A DNA stretch of 64,000 nucleotides from Eledone cirrhosa (GCA_964016885.1 OZ024742.1:207514001-207578000); one strand, 5' to 3'; positions 40,590 through 53,990 are shown, counted from the first letter of the stretch. Notes: generated by a model from the letters alone, not told the origin. Translations and numbers: made by a program.

Positions 40590-41675
40590 CAGAAGAGATT
40601 GCTTTGCTAAAAACAAGAGCAAGCAGGAGGAAGCTCCCAACAATCGTAGTTTTTGGTTACGATGGAGATTTTTTATAAAAATAACAAAATAAATGGTGAG
40701 GTTATATAGGTCGTTTAATCATTATAATTATTTCCACGGTTCTCCATGAAACCGAGAAGTCCTTCATGCATTTGTTGTTGTTATGAGAACGGTATACTCA
40801 GATCAAATCTGATGTATGATATCCCGCCGGCAGGAAAAAACATACGTCCTATTTCTTGCGGGCCCAGCATACATATGAGTTCCTGAAAAGGTCTCCCAGC
40901 CTTCGTGTTTGCTATCAACGAAAAAACTGTGTAGCCAAAGCCCAGTAGACAGTGGAAGCAAACAATGGAGCTCTGAGGGAGGGTGTGGTATATATTTGTT
41001 GACAGCCACCTTAAGACAACAGCTACAACAACAACAGCAACAACAACATCGACGACGACGACGACAAAAACGACAGTAACAGCAAAACACCGACCAGAAG
41101 TCGTCCACACTGGCCGCAGCAGTCGTTGTCATATTACTACCCTTCTGACAACAACAACGATAGCAACAGCTACAGTAAAGAGTTACAACAACAAAAACAG
41201 CAAGAACACAGACCAACGTCGTGTACATAGGCCGTAGGAGTCGTAGTAACGGTACATTCCCGCCGACAATAACAACGACAATAATTGCCACAGCAATAAA
41301 CGGAGCTCTGATGTAGGTTGATACACAGATTTGATGGCATCTATCACCAAGACCATAGCAACAGCAACAATAGTAACGGTAACAAACATTAACACCACCC
41401 GTCACCTACCCCGGTCGTCGTTGTAGTGGTGGGTATCATTGATATTAGTATCATGTCAAGGCAGTGAGTACCCATTATCCGAAAGCCAGACAGCGGTAAC
41501 ACCAACAACAATAATAATAACAACACCAGTGATGAGCCCACCTCGGTGACGGTGGCAACAAAAAAGGCCTCGCTTCCAACCTAAGGTACAAGGCCAGTAG
41601 TAAATACATTGCAGAAAAAACAAACTTACCACAATAGCAGTCAGTTGAAACTAGGAAGCGAAAATAGGGGCAGAA

Positions 41676-41757
<82 letters not shown>

Positions 41758-41879
41758 TCATGCACAGTTAATACAGTCATCTCTATCACTCTAAGGCAAA
41801 GGCTAGCAATAATTACAGTGCAGAAAAACAACTAACCACAATAGCATTCAGTTGTAACTACAATGGCATCGATACAATC

Positions 41880-43170
41880 AAAGAGGTTGCTAGACTATGG
41901 AAGAGAGCTACTGGAAGCGAAATTAGGGACAGAAACATGCAGATATGAATTCAAGAACACATATAGAGAACATAATAAAAAGAACGGGACAAACATACAT
42001 AAAAACAACAGTAGGGATACAAACATAGAATAAGGAACAAGGGATATGAAACATGGGCACAGAGACTCCAGGGTGTGCAACCAAGGTATCCAGGGTTCGC
42101 CTGACGCTGGGGTTGTTGTGTGGCCACACCCGGCTCCTACGGCCAAGCTTGCACTAGTCCTCAACCAGTACAACTATGATGTTAGTCCATACATTTTGAG
42201 GAATGTTCCAGATGATCTGTGGTAGCAGGTGCCTTTTATTGATAACTGAAGCTCACCTCTCTATTATTTCCATAATCTCGGTGACACGCAAATCGCATGA
42301 GTCATGTCCACCCCCTCTGTAGGGTTGGGCTGAGGCTACATTGGACCTCGGCACGGTGTATTCTAAGTTATCAGGTTTGAGACGCCACACCAGTTCTGAA
42401 ATGGCGGTGCTATTTTCTTATCAACTCTTCCAAAGGTGTGGCAGTGATTGTAACAGCGTTCCTTAAAGTTATTAGCCATGGCTCCGATATATAGGTGAAG
42501 GTTTGGTTGTTGGCACTCACCCTACATTCATAGACTAAGCCACTGCTAAGGCACTTGCCTTCCAGGGGTCAGTTACTGGGGTTTCTACAGTTACAACTCG
42601 GTGGGGTTCCTTGGTCGTGCACGGTTCAAGATGTTACCAACAGGGAAAGAGGCATTTGCGTGGCACGTCTCCTCACGGTTGCTGGTTCCCCCGGAGTCAG
42701 GAACGTTTTTCAATCTACTTCGGTTTAAGGTTTATATATTTTGCTCTAGGTTTCTAGTTGTGGAGGGGGACAATTTAATAGTGTGCCTGTTGAAAATGGC
42801 GTGGTACTGGTGTTGCTTATGGAAGTGCTTAGACAAAGCCCTGAAGAAAGAGGCCGACAGGTTGTTGCGCAAATCGGTGCAGAAGGGTAGGGGTGGGTTG
42901 AGGGGTTAAACCAAATGACATTGCGGGAACGGGTTCGCTTCCTGTTGTAGTCACCAGTTCCCACACCTGTTCCGTCTGAGTATGCGTTACGCAGTCGCCG
43001 TGCGCATCTGGAAGGGCCAAGCCCCCCAGTTCCTCGTTGTCCGTTGAGTTGGTTATGCCGATCGGAGCACCCCGAACTGTGTGGCCCCGATTCGCAGAGA
43101 GGGAGGCGGTACGTACCTTCCAAGCTCAACTCCGGGCCCACACATGTCCCTCGCGGCTCCACCGCGCCGG
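41880..43170 (-). mobile_element. Degenerate Naiad-like PLE 3' part (linker, GIY-YIG, 3' UTR)
   Basis: RKRTRSRNVIWFNP, FFRALSKHF..IFNRHTIKLS, CNCRNPSN*PLEGKCL..LVYEC..TYIG..FKERCYNH, STAISELVWRLK, AQPY..CDL. Confidence 0.8.
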
Positions 43171-43183
43171 CTTCCTCGTTTTC

Positions 43184-44856
43184 CTATGTAGGCGAAGTCC
43201 GGCCCCTTCTTAATAAGCCATGGTTAGCAGTTCCCCCAGGATTGTTCTGTAGTGTGGTTTCAGGGACGAGGAATGTAGTCCTAGTCGTGTTGGCCCCGTC
43301 GTTGGTTCCTTCCGATGTGTTACTGTCAGCGGTAACGTTATTCCTTAGATTGGGTATATACTTAATTTTGGTGTGGTAGTATTGTCCCCTGCTAGTGTTG
43401 TTGTTGTAAGTGGGGAGCGTAGAATAGGGTTTCCTTATAGCTGGTGTGTGGTTGTGAGGCCCTGTTTGACATGTGTGGTAATTGTGTATTTTGGGTTCTA
43501 TGTTGGAAGTAATGATGGTTGTGGGTTTGTTGTGTGGAGATGTTAGGGGGTTGTAAGTGTGGGGGGTTTTATGGTTTCTCCTGGTAGGAGAGAAGTTGTA
43601 GTGTCTATCTTGTAGATGATGTTTCTCTATTACTATATTTGTTGCTTGGGAGTCCGTGTGGTAGTTGTGTGGAGGGTGTAGGAGGTAGGGGCGAGGTGAT
43701 GCCTTCTTTTGTTGGTATGTGGGGAGGTATTGTTTTTTTGTTGTTGTTGGTTGTTGTGTGTTGTTTGGGTGTTGATTGAGTTTTCTTGTTATTATTGTTT
43801 TAATGAAGGGGTTCTTCGATGTGTGTTCTTTTTCGAAAAAGTGTTTCATAGTTAGAGAACCAGGTTTCGTTTATTTCCCCCCAGCGTTGAAGGGATTTTA
43901 ATTCTTCCTTATTACAGACAAGGAATACAACTACATCACCAATTTCAAAATCAGAACCAGCCTCTTCTACGGTATCCCCAAGACACACAAAAGCGAAGTA
44001 ATAGGCAGGGCCTGCAAGCAAGCCACAGACGTTTACATCAATATAGCCCCTCCTGATGACCTTAAATTAAGACCCATAATAGCAGCCCCCACATGTGAAA
44101 CCCGTCGCCTAAGCAACTTCCTAGATATTCTGCTTAAACCTTTCCTAAAACATATAAAAAGCTTCATAAGGGACGACCCTGACATGTTCAACCACCTCCC
44201 AACAACACTCAATAACGAACATACCCTACTAGTAACCTTTGATGTCATCAATTTATATTCCAATATCCCACACAACCTAGGTATAGAGGCAATACAATTC
44301 TGGATGGAAAATTTCCCCAGTGAACTTCCACAGCGCATCCCTAAAGAATCTGTGTTGGAGGGACTCAAATTCACCTTGGAAAACAATTTCTTCGAATTCA
44401 ATGCCAAATACTAAAGACAGAAATCTGGGACTGCCTTGGGCACGAAAGTGGCCCCCTCATACGCCAACCTTGTAATGGGATATTTGGAAACCACTCTCTA
44501 CCGCAAAGTTCTAGACAAATACGGCAACCACTTCTAACAACACATAGAAAAGAACTGGAAGAGATATCTGGACCACTGCTTCATCCTCTGGCATGAAAGT
44601 ATAGATAGACTGATTGATTTCAAAACCCTTCTGAATGAGCTCAACACTAACTTACAATTCATCAAGAAAACAAGCAACAACATAGAAACTGGCATATACT
44701 ACAAACCCACAGACTCCAAACAATACCTTCCATTCAACTCGTGCCACCCTAGACACACCAAAATGGCAATTCCTTATAACCTAGCCAGAAGGATCTGCAC
44801 AATAGTTTCAGATAAATACACATGCAACATACGACTAGAAGAATTAAAAAACACAC
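43184..44856. mobile_element. Neptune-like PLE: RT on plus strand (43913-44856, with stops) and presumed N-terminal region inverted (43184-43912, minus)
   Basis: FYGIPKTHK, LRPIIAAP, LVTFDVINLYSNIP, GTALGTKVAPSYANL, WKRYLDH, YYKPTDSKQYL..SCHPRHTK. Confidence 0.85.
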
Positions 44857-45576
44857 TTGTCTGGCATGTTCGTATAGTACTATACGAACATGCCAGACAA
44901 CAACACAACGGTAACATAGACAAAATAGAAGTTAGAATAATATCTAAACATAGAAATCATCCAGCAGATAGGCAAATCAGAGAGGCCAGCGAAATAGAAC
45001 TTAGAAGGCCAAGGCTAAACAGAAAAAATGAATGGAATAACAACAACACCCAAACAAACAACACTGACCTGAGAGAAGTACAAATAAATAAATAAATAAC
45101 AACACATGCACAATAACAACAAACACATATAAACACACACTAGTAAACTAAGATAGAATACATTAACCAATTCACAGTCACCCAAACAAGAACACACATC
45201 AAACAAAATACTATACACACATGCAAACGCATGCGCAGAGAAGACAAACAAAAAGAAAACAAATAAATAAATAAATAAACAGACTAAATAAAGATGGCGT
45301 AAGCATACAATGCAACGGGAGGAAACATAATAGCAACTCTGACGATGTTGCAGGTGTGCAACGAAAGAACTTTGATAGACTATATATATGTGTTTGTGTC
45401 TATATTGTATCTGTATGTTTGACCGTTGGTCAGTCAATGGCAACATTGGGGACCGAATAAATAAAATTAAATTAACCGATATAAAAGACACAGAAGCGAA
45501 AACCAACCAAACATTGAGTGTGTTCTGTTATTAATTCTGGCAATATTATTACACAAATATGACCCTCCCCATGTAT

Positions 45577-45582
<6 letters not shown>
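44857..45582 (+). mobile_element. PLE family A 3' fragment beginning with a 44-bp perfect palindrome
   Basis: Homologous to 8712-9426; hammerhead-like CTGACGAt..GAAA at 45339-45366; ends at (TA)n. Confidence 0.88.
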
Positions 45583-45642
<60 letters not shown>

Positions 45643-45814
45643 TTTCTTCATTCTTACACTCTTCCTCTCTCTTATCTCTCTATCTATCTTTTTATCTCTC
45701 TACCTCTCTCTCTCTCTCTCTATCTCTATCTCTACCTCTCTCTCCCTCTCTGTATATACACACACACATATATATATATATACGCATATACAGAGAGGGA
45801 GAGGGAAGGGGGTA

Positions 45815-45877
<63 letters not shown>

Positions 45878-46233
45878 GAGAGATACATAGATAGATAGAG
45901 AGAGGTAAGAGAGAGAAAGAGTGTAAGAATGAAGAAACCAGGCAAGGGGCTATGTCTTGTTATGTCTATTTGGATGGGTTATCTATGACTTTTGCATAAG
46001 ATATTTAATCATGTCTGTTCACAGTGTGATCTATTCTGTGAAATCCATTGATTTCTCTGGTGGTTGGCTATAAACATTACATTTCTCCTGGTCATGCTCG
46101 CAATCTCGGTTTATAATTGAAACTCATTCTTCCAAGTTTTAAACATTTTTAGATTGCGAATTGAAACAGAGGTTGTAGGAATATTGCAAATCCCAAAGGA
46201 ATCTATTCATGAACGATTCTCTGATTGATTCAA

Positions 46234-46640
46234 TCCCACTCTCTGAACGACAGTAGCTATAACCTCAAAGAAGACAAAATCAACATAATCGGTAACTACT
46301 GAGCCACAGGTTTTATGTCGGAGTTATCCCAATTTCCTGAGTTGCCTTCTCCTAGAAGAATGCCCTGACAAAAACTAGGGCTCCTTCACTCCTTTAACCG
46401 CGCGATCGGGTATCCTGCCCGACTATTTCTATGTTCCCGCGCATATACATACACACATGCGTACACAAATACATACATATGTATAGTCATATTTACACAA
46501 TTTTGGATGACCGTTGACTCTTGTGAGTTCTTCCGCCCTTTGTCAGGTTTTGTTTTTTGTCCTGCAGAGTGTCCAAAATCATCCTCCTTACCAAATACTG
46601 ATGGGGTTGCCGGTTTAGTCGCCGACGACCCGACCATGCA
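46234..46640 (-). mobile_element. RTE-derived non-autonomous element, partial
   Basis: Homologous to 53425-53850(+) and to the RTE 5' UTR at 50510-50735. Confidence 0.75.
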
Positions 46641-46650
46641 TACATGTATA

Positions 46651-46745
46651 CATGATGGCTGCCTCCTTGTTATCGAGTATGGCCATTGCACGAGAACCCC
46701 CCCCTAAATAATAATAACAATAATAACGATAACAACAACAACAAT

Positions 46746-46784
<39 letters not shown>

Positions 46785-49700
46785 CACACACATGCGCACA
46801 CACATAAACACATCTACACACACACACACGATAGCACTGCGATCGAATGTCGCTTTTTAGCCCAGCCAATGTTCTAAAATGTCTTGCACAGAGTTGGCGA
46901 CCAAAACTGGGAATAGCCGGCTGTGGTTGGAGTTCATGTACTTTTACATGTCGTTTGAGACCTCCAGCTGATTTACATTCTCTACCACATGATTGGCATG
47001 CATGATGAGTAGCATCTCCAACAGCAGCCTGGTAGTCAACCACTGGTCTTACTTTATGACTGCGAAGAGGACTTTCGAGTCCAGCTTTGCTTAGGCAGAG
47101 TCTCGCACAGACGCTGCATGTCAGCACCATAGGAGGACCTTTACTGTCTGGAAATGCAACAGCAATGCCCAACCTCACATCCCGTTTTACTTTCTCGTAT
47201 GCGATTTGAGATGTCTCAAAGGCAATTTTCCCTCATATACAGTCTTTCTCCATTTATTACGATCAGCAGCAACATTTTCCCATGTATCAGCAGAGATGTT
47301 AGCGTCTTTCAAAGAGGCTTTCAAGGAATCATTATACCTCTTTTTTGGTTTATGTGGCGGCCATTTTCCTTTAACTAACTCTCCATAAAAGAGTTGTTTT
47401 GGTATTCTAGAAACCTTCATCCTCGCAATGTGACCACTCCAACGGAGTCGTTGCTTAAGCATAAGAGCTTCTATACTGTCACACATAGAGCTTTCCAAAA
47501 TCTAAACATTACTGTTGTGGTCCCTCCAGTGAACGCCATGGATCCGTCTGAGACACATCTGATGGAAACGCTCCAATTGCTTAAGGTGGTGTCGATATGT
47601 GACCCAGGTCTCGCAGGCATAAAGAAGAGAGGAGAGCACACATGCCTTATACACCTTTATCTTTGTCTTCTTGCATGTCTCGCCGACCCCAGATTCGCCT
47701 TTCTGGCTTTCTGAAAGCATCACTCACTTTCCTAATCCTGACTGTGATTTCATTATCAAGGTTGCTGTATCGATTGACAGTGCTTCCCAGGTAGACAAAC
47801 TGATAAACCACTGCAAGTTGTTTACTATACACATAGATATTTGGTTCACTGTACTGCTTACCAGGGGCAGGTTGGTACATAACGACGGTTTTCTTGAGAC
47901 TGACAGTCAATCCTAGAGAATTGCAAGCATCAGAAAATGCATTCAAAATATGTTGCATATCACTCCCTGTGTGTGCTACAAGATCGCAATCATCTACATA
48001 CAAAAGGTATCTTATGATTGATGTAAATACTTTTGTTTTTGCAGCAAAGCGCCTGATGTTAAATATGCTGCCTGAGGTTCGATATCGGATGTAAACACCA
48101 TGCGTGCAATTCCTGAATGCAATATAGAAAACCATTACAAAGTATATGGCAAACAGGGTCGGTGCTGGAATATCCCCCTGTTTCACTCTATTTTTTACTG
48201 AGATAGGCTCCAACATGTTACCTCCGACATTAACCCAAGCCTTCATGTCGTAATGGAAAGACCAAACTAAAGCAAGGAACTTATCAGGGCAACCAAGTTT
48301 CTGGAGAACCTTCCATAATGCATTTCTGTTAACAGTATCGAAAGCTTTTGTCAGATCGACAAAAACCTGATACAGATCCAAACCTTGTTCCTTGCACTTC
48401 TCCTGGAGCTGTCTAGCTGAGAAGATCATATCAGTAGTTCTGCGTCCAGCACGAAAACCAGATTGACATTCAGGAAGAACACAATCTGCAATGTGTGTCA
48501 GCAGACGGTCCAGAAGCACCCTACATAAAACATTCCCTACGACAGAAAGCAATGATATACCTCTGTATTTCCCACAATCATTCCTGTTACCCTCTCCCTT
48601 GTACAGGACCACCATTACTTCATCTCTCCAGGCCGGATTCATTAGCCCATATCCTGCCAAACAAAGAGTGAATATGTTATAGGAGTCTCTCACCACCATA
48701 TTGTAGGATTCAGCATGTATGCCATCTATACCTGGAGATCTTCCACTGTTCAGCTTCGAGATAGTTACTGCAATCTCCAGAAGCGTCGGAGGTTCTGCGA
48801 GAGCTAATTTCACAGGACTTTCTGGAATGAGATTGAAGAAATCTTCATTGACGACAGACGGCTGATTCAAAAGATCATCAAAGTGCTCTCGCCACCTTCG
48901 TAGAATTCCTTGTGAGTCACGAAGAAATTATTTGCCATCCTTGCTGCGAAGCGGTGTCACCAGAGAAGAAGACGGTCCATAAACTTCACGCAAGAGACTG
49001 TACAACAGCTTTGTGTTATTGGAATCTGGTGCAGTTTGTATCTCATCAGTCAGCCTTCTTACTCCACCACTGATTCTTCACCTGAGAAAGACTCCGCCTA
49101 ACACGTGATTTCACATCCTTGAGTTCCTTATGCAACCTATTTTTCTCCTGTGGTTTTGCCCTCAAGTAGCGTCACAGAGTTCGCCCCTTATCAGCCAACA
49201 AGTCTTGTATATGTTCATCATTCTCATTAAACCAGTCTTGATGTTTTCTCTGCACCAATTCCAGAACACGCCTACCTACATCATAAACCGACTTTTTAAG
49301 GGTCGGCCAATCCTCACCAACATCTGCAACCTGCATCTCTTCTCGCAATGTCCTCTTCACATTTTTATCCCTAAGACGAGCAGCATTCAATCTTCTGGGC
49401 AGGGTAACACCAGGAGCCTGGAATTTACGTTCAGTGATTAGTTCCACATTTGCGCGTACCAAGCGGTGGTCCGTCCAGCACTCAGCTCCACGAAGAGCAC
49501 GAACACACTGCACATCCCGTCTGTCACGCATCCTGACTAGGACGTGGTCCAAAACATGCCATTCCTCAGTTGCAGGATGCATGCATGTGGTCTTAAATGT
49601 GTTCTTTTGTTGGAATATGGTGTTGGTAACACACAGATCCAGCTCCTCACATATCTGCAGCAGGAGATTGTTGTTACACTTTCCCACCCCATGCCTTCCG

Positions 49701-50380
49701 ATTACATTCCATGCGTTAAAATCCCTACCCACTCTAGCATTATAGTCACCAAGCACGATGACTTTGTCTTCCTGAGGGATATTTCTTAAAACACTTTTCA
49801 AGGTATGGTAAAAGGACACTTTTTCTTCATTGACAGAATTCGTAGTTGGAGCATACACACTCACCAGGGTCGCATGTCTTCCTTTGTCCAGAGGAATTCT
49901 CATGGACATAAGACGCTCTCTAATCCCTACTGGGAATTCTTCTAATTAATTCACAAGTCCAGTCTTAACAGCAAATGCTACCCCAGCCTCTCTTCTGGTT
50001 CTTTCATTTCATCTTTTCCAGAAGAATGTATATTCTCCACAAAATTCTGTAAGATGACCATCTCCAGCTAACCTCGTCTCAGATAAAGCTACGATGTCAA
50101 GAACGTAACGTCCTTTGCAACAAGAGCGGTCCTTCGTTCAGGACGTTCCAAGGAATTCCTGTCAAGCAGCGTCCGTACGTTCCAGCAGCCAAGAATTAAT
50201 GCCTTCTTTAGCTCTATTACAGTGGCACGATGACAAGTGGGCCCAGGCTGTGATAACCTGGGGTCCCTGCCCTAATTGCCAATTATCTATTTTGTTCCAG
50301 AACCCTTATTGCCAATTATCTCTTTTATATTGTTTTGGAATATCATTGAATTGGAAAAAAAAAAGTAATAATAAAGTAGC

Positions 50381-50419
<39 letters not shown>

Positions 50420-50736
50420 CATACACTATTAATAATTATTAATTAATGCAATCGTGCAATGCCTGTGCGTGGAAAATATTTTTAAAGTGAGGAAAGACTG
50501 TGCACTGAGCCAATCCCACTCTCTGAGCGACAGTAACTAAAACACGAAAGAAGAAAAGATCAACATCATCGGTAACTACTTAGCCGCAGGTTTTATCTCG
50601 GAGTTAACCCAGATGCTTTCTCCTAGAAGATGCTTTCTCCTAGAAGAATGCCCTTACAAGGGCTAGGGGTTCTTCACTCCCAGTGGTTTAACTGCGCGAT
50701 CGGATATCCAGCCCGACAATTTCTATGTCCCCGCGC
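46651..50736 (-). mobile_element. Near full-length RTE LINE (frameshifted): APE, RT and three C2H2-like fingers
   Basis: LILGCWNVRTL, SVYAPT, LGDYNARVG, TDHRLV, YRGISLLS, QSGFR, FVDLTKAFD, LYVDD, FVYLGS, LRWSGH; CSVC, CQSC..HVKVH, QLCARH..; 3' tail gcaatggccatactcgataac..gcagccatcatgta. Confidence 0.93.
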
Positions 50737-51014
50737 ATAAAGAAAAAAAAACAAAACAAAAAATAATGACTTATTGACACTCATACGTACGACATACACA
50801 CACGCGCACACACACACATACATACGCGCGCACACACTAAGACTCATGCATATAAACAAACACACACACGCTACTCACTTACACACACACACATATATAT
50901 ATTACCGTCATTACTGATACAAGATTACAAGATTATGTCAACTGTTGACTTTTGAAAGAGTTCATTTAGTTGAAGCCGTTCGTGTTACCGTTCAGTTTTA
51001 TTATAATTGCTTTA

Positions 51015-51152
51015 CAGCATAGAGCTATGGCCCTCCACGCTCCAAGCTCGAATTCTGCCGAGGTCAACCTTGCCTTTCATCCCCAAGGAGTCAACAAAAG
51101 AGAACACCAGTAATGCGCTGGAACAATCGCTGGCTCCATGCCAAAAGCAGAA
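51015..51152 (+). mobile_element. Diverged SINE family S copy
   Basis: ctgccgaggtcaaccttgcctttcatcc...accagtaatgc. Confidence 0.65.
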
Positions 51153-51264
51153 AAAATGTTGTTTGCTTAAGGCCCGATCGTTGGTAATGGTGATGGTGAT
51201 GGCGGCGGTGGATGGTGGTGGTGGTGGTGGTGGTGGTGGTGGCAGCTGATGTTGTTATTGTGTC

Positions 51265-51297
<33 letters not shown>

Positions 51298-51829
51298 TTC
51301 TTTTTATCGTTTGATGCCGCTGTTGTTGTAAATATTTATTTCACATCATTCTAAAGCTGTTGTTGCTGTAAACATTAGTGCATATATGCATACATACATA
51401 TATACATGCATACATACATGCATACATACATACATGCACTCATACATATATGCAAACATATATACATATTTACAAACATACATACATACAAAGATACATA
51501 CGTATATACATACATGTATACAAATATATATACATATATACAAACATACATATATACATATATACATACTTACATGCGTATATACATATATACAAAATAT
51601 ACGTGTAAGTAACGTATGTATGTATGTTTTTCTGGTTTTATAATTTCACCAGTATTTGCCAATAGAGTCGGTTTCTAACATAGACAAAATACTCTCTCAT
51701 TGGAATTTACACATCAACTAGGTAGATTATGTATGCATGCATGTGCAGATATGGATGTTATTGTATGTGTGGAGGTGTATGTGTGCATGCGCATATGCTT
51801 TGTATCCATACATGTGCATATGCAGTAAT

Positions 51830-53340
51830 TAGATGCGGAATTTTTGGAATGTTTTACATATTTTGGTGTTCCATTAATGGATTGTACTTGTAATTTCCTA
51901 ACTAGTTGTGTCCTTTCTGTTCCTGTGAAGACCAGCTTCTCAAGATTTGTATTGAGGCAGTTGCTAACATATCCCAGTGCCCCAATAATCACAGGTATAA
52001 ATATGAAGGTATAGTCATGGTGGAGTGTCTGTTGATTTCTCACTAGTTCTGCCTAGGTATTTTCCTTTTCACTAATCTTTAATATTATATTGGCATCTGC
52101 TGGGTAGCTAACTTCCACTATTGTGCATGCCATTTTCCCCTGTCCCATATAATTATATCTGGTCTGTTATGCCTGCCTTTTATTGAAGTTTTGATTGGAA
52201 CATTCCACCATTACTCTCTCATATTATGTATGTGTATGTCTTCCACATTGCTGTAGCTTGTAATGCGTTTATTATCGGGGCTATCTTTTCTACGGATTGC
52301 ATTGTATTGTGTTTTGGCCACTACACCATGCCTCATAGGTAGATAGTGCCATGATTACATCTTTGGACAGCAGCTTATGGCATGGGTGACATCTTCGATG
52401 TTAATTCTACCGAGTCTGCACTTGTCACATCTAGGTGTTTTGCCTGCATCCCTATCTCTTTTGTGAATCAGGTATTTTGTGTTGATTGTCTGTTCTTGGA
52501 TTGCAAAAGCGTATCCTTCAAAGTGGGAGCCAATATAGCGGTTGTTGGTCCAAGATAGATTATTTTGCTTATCTATATTACTCTCACACTGGAGCTTCCT
52601 GGCAATATATTCATGCATGATGTTTTGCTGATAAGCGTGCAGTTTTTCATCCATGGATTCGCTGCGGCATTGCTGATCAATTTCCCTCGGAATGAGTTTT
52701 TAATTATCATGCAGGGAGTATCTCTCAAGGAGTTATTATCTTATCTGTCTCATGCAGACATACTTGCTCCATAGATGGGCTTTTACACTTGGAGGTTCAT
52801 AAATGTTGTCAGACGGATATGATGCGACACTCAAATGCTGTCTGAACTGATGCTAGGCCTCTGCCCCCCTGCTTACGTTTCAAGTAGAGGTGGTCTATGT
52901 CACTGTTGATGTGGAAGTTTCCGGCGTTGTTTAGGATTTTTCGAGTTTTAACATCAATTGCACGGATTTCGTCTATCACCCACTTGAGTATTCCAAACGT
53001 TAGTGTTAGGACAGGCACAGCAAACACATTGTGAACCACTGTTTTATTGTGCTCAGAGAGTTACTATGACCATATTATTCTTAATCGGGTGTAATAACCC
53101 CTGGTTAGGTATTCTTTATTACAAATACCATTATAGGATATATTCTCATCTATCCCCAGTTATCCGTAGCAGTCCTCGTCAGATATCGGTGAAACATTTA
53201 GGCTATTTATACAAATGTTGCTAGATTGGGTTTTTCCCCGCTTTACAATCATATATTTATCTTGACCAAACTCCATTCCTATATCCTTTGAGAACGTTGT
53301 AACCAGGTGAAGATTTTTCTCATCTCGTATATGTTCTTGG
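51830..53340 (-). mobile_element. R4/Dong-like non-LTR element, 3' part (RT thumb, CCHC, restriction-like endonuclease)
   Basis: IDHLYLKRKQGGRGL, FAIQEQTINTK, KCRL..EDVTHAISCCPKM, RH, HNRPDII, IPVIIGALG. Confidence 0.82.
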
Positions 53341-53370
53341 TATTTTTGTATGTATGTATGTATATATATG

Positions 53371-53990
53371 TCGGGTCACTCTTGAGTGCTCCTGTTAACA
53401 TGTAACCCAGTACAACCTGTCGCATTGTCGGGTCGTCGGTGACTAAACCAGCAACCCCACCAAGTTTACTTGGTGAGGAGGGTGATTTTGGACACCCTGC
53501 AGGACAAAAATCAAAACCTGACAAAGGGCGGATAAACTCATAAGATTTAACGACCATTCAAAAGTGTGTAAATATGTATATACACATGTACATATATATG
53601 TATATGTGTATATACATGGGTGCATGTGTGTGTATATGCGCGGAGACATAGAAATAGTCGGGCTGGACACCTGATCGCGCGGTTAAACCACTGGGAGTGA
53701 AGGACCCCTAGCCTTTGTCAGCCTATTCTTCTAGAAGGCAACTCAGGAAACTGGTATAACTCCGATATAAAACCTGCGGCTCAGTAGTTACCGATGATGT
53801 TGATTTTCTTCTTTTCGGGTGATAGCTACTGTTGCTCAGAGACTGGGATTGGCTCAGTGCACAGTATTTCCGCACTTTAAAACATATCTTCCCGCACAGG
53901 CATTGCACGATAGAATTAATTAATAATTATTAATAATGGGATATCGTGCAATGGCCATACTCGATAACGAGGGAGCAGCCATCATGTATC
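53371..53990 (+). mobile_element. Most complete RTE-derived bipartite non-autonomous element
   Basis: 53640-53935 matches the 5' UTR of RTE 46651-50736; 53945-53987 matches its 3' tail; no coding sequence between; head shared with 36563-36745, 46500-46640(-) and 58544-58660. Confidence 0.82.

Noticed and set aside
40800-41010. TRRLGDLF on the minus strand, suggestive of a GIY-YIG remnant
   Set aside because: Too degenerate to support by eye
53655-53730. HDV-like ribozyme in the RTE 5' UTR (gggctgg...cctagcc pairing)
   Set aside because: Could not place P1.1, P3 or the catalytic C junction; only a simple stem is evident
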